DNA of 64,000 bases from Macrostomum lignano (Eukaryota): the NCBI GenBank assembly GCA_002269645.1, contig NIVC01000048.1, positions 138,566 through 202,565 on the forward strand, written 5' to 3'. The position numbers and the translations under genes were made by a program. How positions within the stretch are numbered: position 1 is the first letter of the stretch; the number at the start of each line of letters is the position of its first letter. This document shows, piece by piece, positions 63,007 to 64,000 of the stretch. The notes below the pieces were generated by a model that was not told the origin of the DNA, ran no database searches, and saw only the letters and a list, made by a program, of their open reading frames with translations.

Positions 63007-64000
63007 CAGTTTCCTAGCGAAGCAACGTCTGTCTACTCTAGTCGTCCATGAACGCATTTTTTATCATATATTTGAAGTACAAATATTGTTCACCTTTTCC
63101 GACGCGAAAGTTGCTACTCTGTTAACCTTGGTAGCCGTACATCTGCGAGCCCGATTGAGTAGCATTACGATGTAGTGCAGACTGGATAGCGGAGCTGGCA
63201 AAGGACTCACTGTCGAGTATTCGAGAAGCATTCTGCAATTTAATATATTGCAGATTATAGTTCAGAAACATTAACGGCTGGTAGGCTACTTTGCCCCATT
63301 TGTCCTGCTCCCCAGAACATTTACTTTATTCTTACAAGTACATACAGTACATACGATTGCTACATTCAAAATACTTTAGGATGCACGAAAAATAACCGAA
63401 CAAAACCCACCTGTAACGATTCCGACGCCATATGGCGATGCACTTGACATCCATCACTGCCACTCGCATGCTGAACAGAGCAATCAGCAGGTTCACCAGC
63501 ACAATATTGACAACTATCAGGAATAGGAACACCAGATATTTGCTGAACGCCACGAATCCCGAGCTGGCGGCGCACTCGAAATTGCCCGCCTGTCGCGTTT
63601 CATTGCAAGAGTCGAAATCAACCTTGCCAAAGTCGCCGAACATCAGGTGCATGGGAACAACGAATATGTGCTTGAAAATGGCGCGGGGCTGTCTGGTCAC
63701 AGAGCTTGACATGATGGGGAAAAGCAGAGTAGTAAAAAATATCCGAATGCGATAATGATGACGAAAGCGAAGTTAAAGAACGGCCAAAAGTCTTTGTAGA
63801 GCAGGCTGAGAAACATAGAGATCTTGGCCCCAGTGACTTTGAAGTAGTTGTAGAGGCTCACCAGGCGAAAGGCGCAGAACAGAAAACGAGGCGCCCATTA
63901 CGCTTTGACTGGCGTACAAAGCCTGCTCATTATGGCCGTGCTGACCCAGCATTTTGAGTACAAGGCCGGTCCATATGAGCAGTAGGGCTATCAGGTCAAC
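62484..64000 (-). CDS. TRPM-like cation channel, 3' part (S3-S6, TRP box, C-terminal coiled coil); continues beyond the window
   Basis: Exons >64000-63411, 63232-63094, 62795-62484 with matching phases; FRLV..Y..FKVTGAKISMF, LMFGD pore, VNLLIALFS, IWRRNRY, EY...PLPAP; two single-base shifts are needed in T runs (~63883 and ~63737). Confidence 0.82.
62812..63008. repeat. (TAG)n microsatellite in the last TRPM intron
   Basis: Direct reading. Confidence 0.97.

Overview
Eukaryotic (invertebrate animal) genomic DNA: spliceosomal introns, GC3-rich and polyQ-rich exons, AT-rich spacers and very dense minisatellites. The style is compatible with a flatworm such as Macrostomum, but that is inference only. 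1-25 kb: tandem array of secreted PAN/Apple + C-type-lectin genes on the minus strand (two intact copies, one chimeric pseudogene, and the upstream region of a fourth copy at the window start). The array is built from a ~9.3 kb duplicated unit containing Helitron helicase relics, LTR-like inserts and a foldback element. 29-42 kb: DCLK3-like doublecortin kinase (+, 5 exons, one GC-AG intron), NDUFA8 (-, 3 exons) and UBE2A/Rad6 (-, intronless), with minisatellites in and around the introns. 42-54 kb: DNA transposon cluster (mariner interrupted by a hAT-like element with a 5-bp TSD, Kolobok-like, MULE MITE, hAT carrying a minisatellite, hairpin MITE). 54.5-58.3 kb: decayed Polinton/Maverick (adintovirus-like) relic with adenoviral-type protease, major capsid protein and an unexpected deoxynucleoside kinase. 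62.5-64 kb: 3' part of a TRPM-like channel (-). Several single-base frameshifts fall in homopolymer runs and may be assembly errors. All alignments and counts were done by eye.
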